Source of the DNA: Balanoglossus misakiensis
Lineage: Eukaryota > Animalia > Hemichordata
Length of the DNA: 64,000 nt
Direction: 5' to 3'
Assembly (NCBI GenBank): GCA_040954595.2
Contig: CM082576.2
Span: forward strand, 11,721,129-11,785,128
Below, piece after piece: positions 13,646-28,402 of this stretch. The notes under the pieces were generated by a model. That model was not told where the DNA came from. It did not search any database and saw only the letters and a program-made list of their open reading frames with translations. The position numbers and the translations under genes were made by a program. The first letter of the stretch is position 1. Each line of letters begins with the position of its first letter.

Positions 13646-15699
13646 TTACTGTCCCCACCACCAGTTGCCGCTGTCCGGAGTGACCATGTCTGATGCGGCA
13701 TCAATGGCCGCCTGGATGTCCCGCAGCTGATCAGCTGCTGCTGTGCAGTTCCAGCCGTTCTCATCTTCACTCTGCATTTCTGCAATCGCTGGGAATGTGT
13801 CGTAAATTCGTTTGCTGTATAACAGGTGTCTGGAGACGTAATAATTAGGCATAATTACGGTAATTGCAATGTGGTAAATCAGTTTATGCTAGATAGTTGA
13901 ATAGTGGGCTAGATAAAGGTGGTCTGATGTAAAATCAAGGACCGTTTATTTTTTTAGTACAATCCATGAAATCTATTCACACAAGTTAGATGTACATATA
14001 GAACATATCAAGGCAAATTAAACCCTTTCACCCCCAGTTCCTGCTATGGAGGCCCAACATTACCATAGAAAACAATGGGTTTAGATCGAACTATGGTGGT
14101 GAAAGGTTTAAAATACTCAGACCTCCCAGGGCTGTTTGAACCCAAAACTAAAACTGCACATGGCAGGGTTATGAGATAGTCATACACACAGTCATTCTAC
14201 AATATTCCCTAAACTGCTAAGACCCTATATCAAAGCGTAACTCAAAATTCACCATCTACCTGTATGAAGTGTCTGTTGCGCCCGGCAACAGGAAGCTCCT
14301 CTCCAGCAACATGAGAATGTCATTGACCATTTTCAGTTTGATGGCATTGTCGTGGATTTCCCCGGTCAGTGTCACGTCTATCTCGAAGGAGGTGGCTTTT
14401 TGGTCAAAGTTGTCAGACGCTGTCACCAGCTGGTCTGCAATGTAACATTTATGTATAAATTACAACATGTTCAACAAATTGTTTATCTTATGCAGTCATC
14501 TGATTACAATCAATCTATCAAAAGTTTATGGACACTCTGTAAAAATCTAACAGGTTGGAAAGATGTTGAGAACATTACTTTTGGTTCTCAGTCGAGCCAT
14601 TCAATATTCAGGCCAATGTCAATTGAAACAGTCCTGTAGGTTTGACTATGGCTTTAATAATTATGTACATGTAGTATACATGTACACATGTCATGCAGCA
14701 ATGTGAGACTTGGTGACATGTATGCCAATTTAGTCATCAACATTATCTAAAGCCCTCTGATCTGGGTTGGTCCAGACTGGGAGTGAGGTCCACGAACAGT
14801 ATATAAAAAATCTGATGAATGAATTACAACACACCCTGCAAGCACACACACACACACACCATCGATGACTCATGCTAATGAAGAATGAAAATTTTCAAGT
14901 ACGGGTGGCGATCGCTACTATCGCAAAAAAAAAATCCCCACCCTGTTTGGAGTGACATAATATGATTGCTCAGACCCTACCTGTATAATCTGTTGAAAGA
15001 TAAGATTTAGGTCAGACAAAAATTTAAACAAAGTGCTCTTTAGAAATGCCACGTCTCCGTTTTCCAATTTTTATTTCTTTATTGAGTATAATAAGATAAC
15101 CTTCCAATTGTTTATTGGACTGACTAAATGACTAATTGTCATTTTCAAATCTAACTAAATTAGGGAGTTTGTTACCATAAAGCTGGGGGTCCTCGGCGCA
15201 CTGCTCCCTAAGTGTCTCAAGATATTCCTGGATGAGCGTACTGGTGTATCTGTAGTCAAACTGTAATGTGGTGGCATCGCACAGAGAGAGGATAGCCTGA
15301 GCCGTGAGCTGAGCCATCAGTTTGTGGTAGACGAAGTTCTCATCAGAGAACATCGGTGGCACATAGGTCTCTGTCGTCTGCAAGATATGATCATTGGGAC
15401 TTGTAATACCATGGAAACTATATAACCACTTATCCTGGGTTTTTTTAATCCTAGCATTGAATTACACTTGTAAGGAAAAGATAGTAAATCTTTAATTACC
15501 ACGAAAGAAAGGAAATGAATACTTTCAATCTTTTCTTTCGCTTTTAGAGTACGGTACACGCGAACTTGCTCCTTCCAAGAGTTTCAGCCAACGCTAATCT
15601 TAGAACCAGCTGGGCTGACCACAGGGAACTCAGGCTCATAGTTGTGGTAAAATGAATAATATTATTATTATGAATAAAAAATGGAAAAAAATATTAAAA

Positions 15700-15775
<76 letters not shown>

Positions 15776-15973
15776 TTGTAGTAGTTCTTGTTATCTATCA
15801 TGTGTTAAAATCCAACATACCTATGCATGCTGTCTTCTCCCGGCCCCTAACACGTACTGTACTGGCCGACCTATATAGGTCGGCCAGTACAGTACGTGTT
15901 AGGGGCCGGGAGAAGACAGCATGCATAGGTATGTTGGATTTTAACACATGATAGATAACAAGAACTACTACAA

Positions 15974-16043
<70 letters not shown>

Positions 16044-19000
16044 TTTTAATATTTTTTCCATTTTTTATTCATAATGATAATATTATTCATTTTACCACAA
16101 CTATGAGCCTGAGTTCCCTGTGGGCTGACATGAAAGAACTGAATCATGTTGCAGCAGTTGTGTGATAATAACAAGTCAGGTCACCAAAGATTTTAGTTAC
16201 AATTGTCACCCAGACAGTTCAACCCGGGGTAAACACCAACAATGGTACATGTATATCAGACAGCTCAGCATTTGATTTGGAAAATAAATCTTTCCTTTAA
16301 CCAGCTGCTGTTTATAAGAACAGCTAAATTTCGCTCAGATTACATTATATCGAAAGAAAAGCTACATTTAATACTTAACATTACCAGTACTGTGTTTTAA
16401 AATGTCAAGGCTAAAGTAGAAGTTGATTTTGTTAAATTCTACCTGGCCTCTTCACTCTGCGCTACATGTACCTGCCACATTGTTGACCCGAACATGGCAC
16501 ATTTATCAAAAAGTATCGAACATGACAGATTCCCTCGCCGCTGATGACCCATTTAGTTATGAGGTGCACAAACAATGCAGCAAACCTACAATGTTGACTG
16601 AAGCTATCAAATTATACATTGGCAAAGCTAAATGCTCTCTGAAGCATGGAACATGTCCTGAATATCAACAAGGGTGCACAATGAATAACTGCAATGTAGA
16701 AATTCATATAAAGTGCTAAGGAAGTCGTGTTAATTGGATGTAGAGAAAAAAATGCATATCCGCTTTCATATCCATTATTTTCCTGGAATACTAGCTACAT
16801 TGCTGTCCATTCTAATTCTGCTGGGGTTACATCTATGATTGACCTCATTGATACTCACAGCAGCCTGCTTCCTTTAAGGAAAACGTGCACAGCTACAAAT
16901 ATAACCAGTTAGCGTAATTCACCTACATGTACACTCTATCCGAGCTACCAGCACAGATCAACAAGGAATTATAATTTTAGGCTTACCTGCGAATAGTTGT
17001 ATGCAACATACTGCATATTGAGCGTGGTGATCCCCAACTGATGGGGGAATGGGAGATAATCACTTGATGGTCCCAGCGGGTGGACGTATCTCGTCTCTCG
17101 GGAGAGACCCAGCTTTTCCATCCAACTTCCGTAGACTGTTGCATTTTCTCGCCGACTGGTGGGATCCGGGGTCTGTTCACAGAAAGGGCTCAAAGTCAGC
17201 GCAGACCAGGAATATAACAACTCCAACTTCTACAAAATTGAATAATGTGGGCATACACTATGCTAAGTAGAAAGCCCCTTACCAACGTGGCAGATGTAGT
17301 AATGATGGGAGACAGCGAGGCAGTAGCTTCCACCCTTGGCATATAGCCCCCCTGTACCATCATGTCCATGTCGATGTACACCACAGCTTTCTGCGTCAGT
17401 TTGAACCTGTGCTCCTGTGGGGAGAAGAAGAGGGCGAGGGGGAAGAAAAAATGATTAATTTTGACAATATACTGTATATGTATGAAAAATGTCATTCGAT
17501 TTCAAAGTATTCAATAAGTGGTCTTCATGCATATAACATCGAAACACTGGTGCCCATCAAAGATAAAGACTTTTTTTTAAATACTGTATGCCATCTCATA
17601 CAATGTCTTCCGTGAATTCTATGTAAGTTATACACATTCATTTTTAGACTAAACCTGCTGTTTCAAACTCAGTTCACATATACATGTACTACACACATCC
17701 TTCTCCAAATGGATTCACACATAAACACACATACACCATGCAAACCTCCAAGGGCTGTCTATACAACACCCACCACAGCCCACACCATGCACCCAAAGAC
17801 ACCCAGACCCCACCCCATCAAACACCCACCTCTGCCCACTCCACCGATCCCAAAACACCATGGACACTTCCCCACGAGCAGAACTTGATAGTTCTCTTCG
17901 GCTTCCAGTTGAGTTTCCGGATGATTCCCAGGTTGCGGGCGATTTCCATCATCATGGCCGTGCCATTGTAGTTGTCCATGTTGCCACGGTGACTGCCGAC
18001 CAAAATGAAGCGATCTGAAAGAACGGGATGCACAGTGACAGCTCACATCTGTATGATTACCAAGGAAATTAAAGATAATACATTTAAAACATTCTTTTTT
18101 TAAAACATGGATGTGTTGATTAACTGTATTTATCGTAAAATTCAAGAGTGATGAAATCTATTATTATATTTCAACTTGAAAAACAATTTTCATTTCTGTG
18201 CAGGATGTCTTAAAATCACAAACTGCAAGAAGGCTACTATAAATAAATCATGAATGAAGAGGATGTCCGTGTTCAAAGGTGTACAACCTACACGTTCTTC
18301 TGTGAATGAAAAATGAAAGGGAAAGTGGACAATGGGAGTGACATACCTCGCCCACCGGCGGAGTCCAAGCCTTCTATTGTACCGATCACATTATATAATG
18401 TCTTTCTGGTCTTCTGGTTGACCACTTTCAGGCGCACCATCCAAGGCACAGATTCTGTGACAATAAGGCAACAAAAAGTTGACTATACAAAATAACTGAT
18501 CAACTGACAATCAACTATTTGATAAAATGGACGTCACAGAATAAGGAGTGTCGGTACAAGTTTTGTTGGACGTCGATGAATCATCGCAAGAAAATCCAAG
18601 TGACATTCATGCATCTGTGAACTTTTTCAAAGTCTTCATCACACATTAATTATGTGTTCATTCCATACAGTCTCAAGTGGCCACTAATATACACAACCAC
18701 AATAAGAATGCATCCACATACAATGTAATTCCTGAAAAGACCGTGCCCGGATAGAAATTCAGAAAAGCAAATGTTGTTAGTTTGTGACATGTCAACCACT
18801 CAAATCCCTTTGTTTCATTTAAACCTTTAATTGATTACACTCTAAGGTAGTACACACTTGAGATTGGTAGCATTATTGGCAAACTGCAGTTCTTACTTTG
18901 ACTTTTCCTGCCAATGTAGTAAGTCAGATTCATGGAGCCTTGCCATTGGTCAGGAGCAGCCTTCCCTGTCATGTTTACCATCAGCTGGTGGGCATCCTCT

Positions 19001-21171
19001 TCACTGATTGGCTGAGCAGGGATAGATGGAAGACGATTGGTTGATGCTCCAGACAGATACTCGGCTGAAAGAAGTTGGAGAAACAGTTTAGTGAGCTAAT
19101 GAATTAGGTTTACAATTTAGTCACTACTTTGTCAGATGGGTAGAATTAGTTCAATGAGATTGGGTTTCTTTTAAAACACTTTCTGGCCATTTAGGAATGA
19201 CTATCCTGTGAAAGAACATTTCTGAATAATTTACGTTTTGCTGGAAATCCTGGTGAGTGAGGATCTGCCATGTTCTGTGATGTGATGTACCAATCCTTGG
19301 TGTACAGGTGCTTGTCAGCCGGATCCAAGTAAAACAGGATGCCATTTGCTCCAAATTTTTCAGCAAGTTCAACCTTCATGGGAGAATATACAGAATGATC
19401 TTAGGGTGGAATGCACTGCTGTAGGAGTAAAATAATTGTAGACTGAAAATGTTCCTGTGAAAATTGTGATTTATTTTGACCAAGATTGCGACGGGCCAAC
19501 CACTACTGGCCAACCAAGAAACGGCTACTATTCAGGAAATCAGTCGATGAGACCAGTACCTTTTCATGCAGTCTGTTTTTACCATATCTCAACAGGACAA
19601 TCTTGCCACTGACGGTGACACCCATCTTCTCAACTTTTTCAAAATCTTCCCTTTCTCCATAGTGCGCATAAACCAACTCACCCTGAAAAAGGTAAATGTA
19701 AATATTTAGTAATGCATATCTGATTGTCGACCAAGGTAATCCTTGAAGATTTGTTTGGATTTCTGGCAACACAGACAAACAAGGGAAAATCATGAAACAT
19801 TGAAACTTCTTTGATAATTGGATCAACTCTAAAATCTCGGTGGTCATAATGAGGCTATCAAAATGTTTTCAGACTTCCTCAGATTAATAATATATGTCGA
19901 ATCAAAGGCGAAGTGTTCATGTTTTTTTTTCTCAGAACACCATATTACTCTCCAGTCATTTTGTAATGGTAACAAGAGTTAACATAAGAATCTGTCATGA
20001 TTAAGGGGTCCCATAGTCATACCTCTGCAGACCCCTCAGCTGAGTGCGCATAAAACATCGGCAGTGCCATTTCTGAGCCCTGCCCATTTTCTCTGCCAGG
20101 CTTGGTATTCTCCGTGGCAACTGCTTTTCCATTGCCGGCGCCATCTGACAAACCGGCAGACCCTGTTGGCGGTGCTTGTGATGATGACGATGATGATGCG
20201 CCAGCCTTATGGCCATAGCTGAACACCCTGGAGGAGAGCACTCTGTCCTCCGGGTCGATAAGTTGCACTGAGCTAGGGTGTCCTGGGACTGGGTAGGCTA
20301 GTGTTATTTCATAAGGTACAATCTCCACATCATTGAAGCCGTATGACTTGAACCTCACAGCGGTTTCGTCTGCTACCTGTTCGTCTTTATCCGAATTCCG
20401 TGCTGATGCAAAGTAACTGCAGGGAGGGGGGGAAGTGTAAAAAGAACATTAAATAATCAAAATATATATTTTTTGACATTTTAAAATACAAACACCTTGA
20501 AATGATTTGCCTGCGTGAGTATTATGACTTATGTAGTTCACTGCATTTTTGAAATCAAATTATATTTTGTAAACTTTAATTTCTACAAACCATAATATTT
20601 TCCCTACAGAGTACTTTGAATAGTGGTTCTTTATATTGTTATCCTATCTGTCTTAAGATTAAGAGACGGAGTCAGACAAGGGTCAGATTTAACCAGTACA
20701 GACGGGTACGGCAGACGACGTGAACATGTGAAACCATGTATCAGCTGACAAAGATATATAACGAGGCTATTTTTAAACGCTTTCCACTCACCCTGCGTCT
20801 GCAGAGATGTGATCGGAGGAGACGTTGCCGGTCACCGTTCGGTGGAAGGCTATGAGTCTCTCCAGATCCGTCTTGTAGTCCCTCCTGCCCGACGCGCTGT
20901 CGCACGGCGGCTGGCTGCCTTGCTCGAAAGCGGCCTCGTGGCTGAAAAACCCGGCGAAGGCTCCCAGGAGGAAGAGCACCACGAAGAGGAGGATCTGGCC
21001 ACACACCCGCCGGGTGCTGTAGTAGTTCTCGAAGAACTGCTCCGTCTCGGGGTCGGTCGTTCTTCTCGCGTATTTCCTTTCGTTCAGAAAGCGGTCGCTT
21101 TCGCGCTGGCCGTTCTCTTCCGCCGAACGCAAATTGTAATGCTGGTCGTGGGATGAAATATTGTAGGCCAT
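13646..21171 (-). CDS. Type II membrane M28B-family protein (GCPII/NAALADase/transferrin receptor-like), probably catalytically inactive (NAALADL2-like); 12 exons, ~791 aa
   Basis: Exons 20792-21171, 20023-20416, 19560-19682, 19235-19373, 18897-19064, 18347-18454, 17830-18014, 17283-17414, 16987-17172, 15176-15377, 14260-14434 and 13646-13829 are phase-consistent (2376 nt). The protein has an N-terminal TM helix, a PA domain (GELVYAHYGEREDF, GKIVLLRYG), LPSIPAQPI, WKPKRTIKFCSW, SSDYLPF, and a TfR dimerisation region (MVNDILMLLERSFL...YRHLLY). Confidence 0.9.
14018..14111. mobile_element. Small TTAA-flanked MITE (piggyBac-like termini)
   Basis: TTAAACCCTTTCACC...GGTGAAAGGTTTAA form inverted ends. 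A degenerate second copy at ~10771-10850 shares TTACCATAGAAA and ATGG..TGAAAGG. Confidence 0.6.
15620..16122. mobile_element. 503-bp spacerless palindromic (foldback/MITE-type) DNA element with 7-bp TSD, in intron 9 of the M28B gene
   Basis: Arms 15620-15874 and 15875-16122 are reverse complements, with the axis in CTATATAG. They differ only by two TTA units, one A and one substitution. Termini are CACAGGG...CCCTGTG, and GGCTGAC is duplicated at 15613-15619 and 16123-16129. Confidence 0.9.
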
Positions 21172-23354
21172 CTTGGAGACGCCTCAGTCCAGAAATAATT
21201 GTACTATTTATAAAATGTGTATGACACTGCCTTCCTCAAGTTGCGAATTCCTCGACTTGTTTGTGTATAAACTTGGCTTGAATGTATGGGTTGTTTTCCC
21301 ACTATGACAAGCAGCGAGCTCTCTTCAGCAGAGACTAGTACACCAGGAGTAAATAAATAGCAAAATGTAAATACTATGACATCATAACTTCCTCTTCAAG
21401 TGCCATCGCCACACACCTGAAAAACCAACCGGAACTCTGGAGGAGGGGAAAATGAAACAGAAAGCGGGAATCAATAAATCATAAATGAAGAAAAGTTCAG
21501 CCTTCTGCCTGGTGTCTCAGGTGTACACGTTATTTACCTTGGGACATGATTCATTGCCGATTGTGGGGTGGTACATGATAAAACTAATGTCGGAACAAAA
21601 ACTATGCAAATTAACGTCTGCACCTCTTTACCAAGTCTTTGTTATTTACCGTGTCTGATTGATCGCATAGTACTTGTACTGGCATTTGTGAGAGGTGGGA
21701 GTACGTGTGTATACACTTGCGACCAACTCCCCTCCGCCCCCACACTGGCACAAGACTCCACCAACGCATTCCTTGTCAACCGGATTGGATTCAAAACAAT
21801 GGCCTCGCCGTCGGAATGATCATCTTGCTTTTAGCGAGTGAGTAAAAGAAAACTCGACACGGATGAGTGATTTTGATCGTGTCGGTCATGTCCCTGTTCA
21901 GGGTAGCCGATTGTTTGGCCGTAGGACGGGTCATGGCGTTAGGGTCACTCGATTTGTAAAATCACCACTTCGGTCAGGCGACGTCCGTATCGCAGATCGA
22001 CATTCACAACATTCACAAACTTCACAGAAGGAAAAGACGCTCGCCAAGACATGTACAGCAGACGCACCATGAATGTGCCTGTACTTACCGCTCTCTTCCA
22101 ACACAAGATCGTCATTTGACGAAGCTCTCCGTTCGCGTTCGGCTTCTAACCCTTTGCCGCACCGTCACCGATGTCCGCCAGGCGAAAAATGTTTGACATG
22201 ACCCCAGTCCCGTCGTGAACGCCCTCAATCAACAGGTGATCACCGCCGCGTGAAGTGTCACCCTTTCTTGGGGGCGTGCTGCCAAACAAAACACAATCTA
22301 CACATTTCATCCACCTATACCACAGAAATATTGAACACATCACATGTATACACTATACAAATCACTTCCTGTGCTTTATTCTGAACTTCGTATGGACCGG
22401 GCACATTGACATTACATAAAAGTTTACTAAGAGAGACACAAGTAAGACCATCAGTTCAGAGTTGATAGGCGTGCAACGTCCCATGAAAGTATTTACATGT
22501 ACATGAAAGTCTTGTCAAGACTTCGGCTCAATCACTGAATCACAATGAAGCGGTTCCCCAACTGGTAATTTTTAGAGTTAAAACAAGTTGTTGTTTCTCG
22601 GGGTAAATCGGGGCCACACAGCGCATTCTCAGCAAAACAATTACATGTGAATGCCCTGGTACTCCGTGTCTTGCATGAAGAACTCCCGTTTTCTCAAGTA
22701 ACGAAAACAAGCAGTATACCGGAAATCAACCGGCATAACCTTTATACACAGTCCCTCCGTCAATGTGATCATGGTGTCAGTGACCATTGTCGTCAAGGCT
22801 GACAGAATTGATTTTTTTCCTGAAAACGATGAAAGGAGAAGGTTACTCACCGAAACCTCATCTTATAAGATCAATATTTCGATGAAAAACACACACAATG
22901 CCATTGCCTGTTCAGACGATTATATCGTCACGTTTAGCGCATGAAACTGGTCGAAGGACTATTATTTTGTCAAAATCTATTATAAGCAATGAAAAATTCA
23001 ATCAATTGCAAATGTAATATATTTGGTGTATTTCAGTAAAGTAAATTCTCTATAGACGCTAGTTTTCCGATTATTTTTATTTTCATCCACCTCAGGGATT
23101 CCAATTACGTGTGTAAGGTGTTTTGACGGTCGTGTCACGGACGTGTTTTGTTGGAATGTCACTGTGTGAGGTGTCACGGGCGATCGGGACGCCCCACGGT
23201 TTTGTTTTTCGTTAACTGTCGAGGTCGATCGATCGATCGTTCGTTTCCAGAAAATATAAAGATCTTGCCGAAAACATTGTCACATCAGAGAAAGTCTGGA
23301 CAGCTCACGCGAAGGACCGGCTGCGAAAAGGGTATGAACCACCCGCATACGAGA

Positions 23355-26950
<3,596 letters not shown>

Positions 26951-27795
26951 GTAACAAGACATCGAAGGTTTCCGTGAGAAGTTTCCTTTTGTACTGCTGC
27001 TCATGTGGGAACGGCCACTATGGTCAGTAAAGGAGGGAAGCTTGACCATATAATTTTCATGAGAAGGCAAAAATCATTTATTACTGCCAAATTTACATGT
27101 TATCACACAATCAGCAAGGCGTGTTTAAATATATACAAAGAAAGAAAAAAAACGAAACACTTTCACAAATACAATATCCCATTTATGACGAATTAAGTAA
27201 AATCTGAAAATACTCATTTTCTAACAGAGTAACGATAGACGTAAAACAAATCGTAGGACCTACAATAAATAAAAATTGGGATTGGTCTCAGAGAAAAGAG
27301 GTATATTCCTGGACAGAACAGGATTTTCGGAAACGAAGCAAAAAAAAAAAAAAAAACTATCCAGATTAAATGATACCCAGGTTCTGCGCACTTGACTTCA
27401 TAAATAACATCGAACTGCAGGTATCGCTCACATCCATCGAATAATGCTAGTAATGTCCTTGCAAATTCTCGATATGCAACTGCACATAACTTTAGGAATT
27501 AAAAAACACACACACTTAACCGCAAACTCTTTAAATTAAGGAGCATTTTATCGAAAGTCACCCATTGTTGGGTCTCTGCAATGTAATCTTTGACTTTCTT
27601 ATTTCGGAAAACTTGTAATCGTTTACTGTTTTGCTAACTACAAAGTTGAGAAACAGGGTTTGCGCGTCGCAAAAGACACTGACACGTCATTCCTGTACGT
27701 CGAGGCGATAACCTGACTAAAAACTACCGTAGCTCACTACCGTAGCCATAATTGTCTGTTTGCTTCTAATGAAAATCTTGCAGTAGTATACAGGG

Positions 27796-28161
27796 TCATT
27801 GATATTTCTTTAATTTGGAGACTCTGAAATTCTGATGCACGACGGGTTTAATATCAAAGACGGCAGTCATGAATGCGTCCAAGACGCTGTCCTTATTTTG
27901 TCTCACAAGATCATTAAGAGCTTTGATGTGGCCGCGCGTTTCAACTTCCAGCTCGCGCGCTCTCATGTCAACGTGCACGTGGTTTCTCTCCATCGCCTGG
28001 AGGCGCTGTTTCCTCGCCTTCGTGTAGGCGACGACCTCGCTCTGCGCCTCCGTGTGCGCCGTTCGCATTTTCGTCGCTTTCTTCTTGCGGGCCTCTGCGA
28101 TGATCTCCTTGGCCTTCTCGCCAGCCTGCGCCAACAATTTCTCCACTTCCTCCAGTGACAT
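27796..28161 (-). CDS. ATP6V1G: V-type proton ATPase subunit G-like ORF (121 aa, intronless, divergent); possibly the terminal exon of the upstream SLC5 gene
   Basis: EKLLAQAGEKAKEIIAEARKKKATKMRTAHTEAQSEV..Y matches the subunit G N-terminal helix (LL.AEK.A...V.EARK.K...K.A..EA..EI..Y). The C-terminal VFDIKPVVHQNFR matches V.DI.PE.H.NYR. Confidence 0.85.
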   Translation of the reverse strand: MSLEEVEKLLAQAGEKAKEIIAEARKKKATKMRTAHTEAQSEVVAYTKARKQRLQAMERNHVHVDMRARELEVETRGHIKALNDLVRQNKDSVLDAFMTAVFDIKPVVHQNFRVSKLKKYQ

Positions 28162-28402
28162 GATTACTTTCACCTCTAGAAGTTCGTAGTTCTTTTTCCT
28201 GCGTGGGAGAGAGATCAATATAAAGCCGGGCTTTCACCAGAAACAGAAAACAATTTACATGCACAGTACATGTTTTGGGGGTGCTCAGTATTGCTCGACG
28301 AGACAGATTGCTCTCGGAGATGGTGGTGTCGCCCTCAAGCAACGAATCTTTTAGGTCCACAAGTGGTGAAATAATTTGCAAAGTTGTAATTGTAGAATTC
28401 GT

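Noticed and set aside
15620-15626. CACAGGG terminus resembling the RSS heptamer (Transib/RAG-like transposon)
   Set aside because: The TSD is 7 bp rather than 5 bp and no nonamer-like spacing is evident.
15652-16061. Poly-Ile/poly-Tyr ORFs on both strands
   Set aside because: They are artefacts of the (TTA)n tracts in the palindromic element.
27968-28381. 137-aa minus-strand ORF overlapping the subunit G ORF
   Set aside because: It has a non-ATG start, no homology, and is in the wrong phase for the SLC5 donor; the subunit G frame explains the region.
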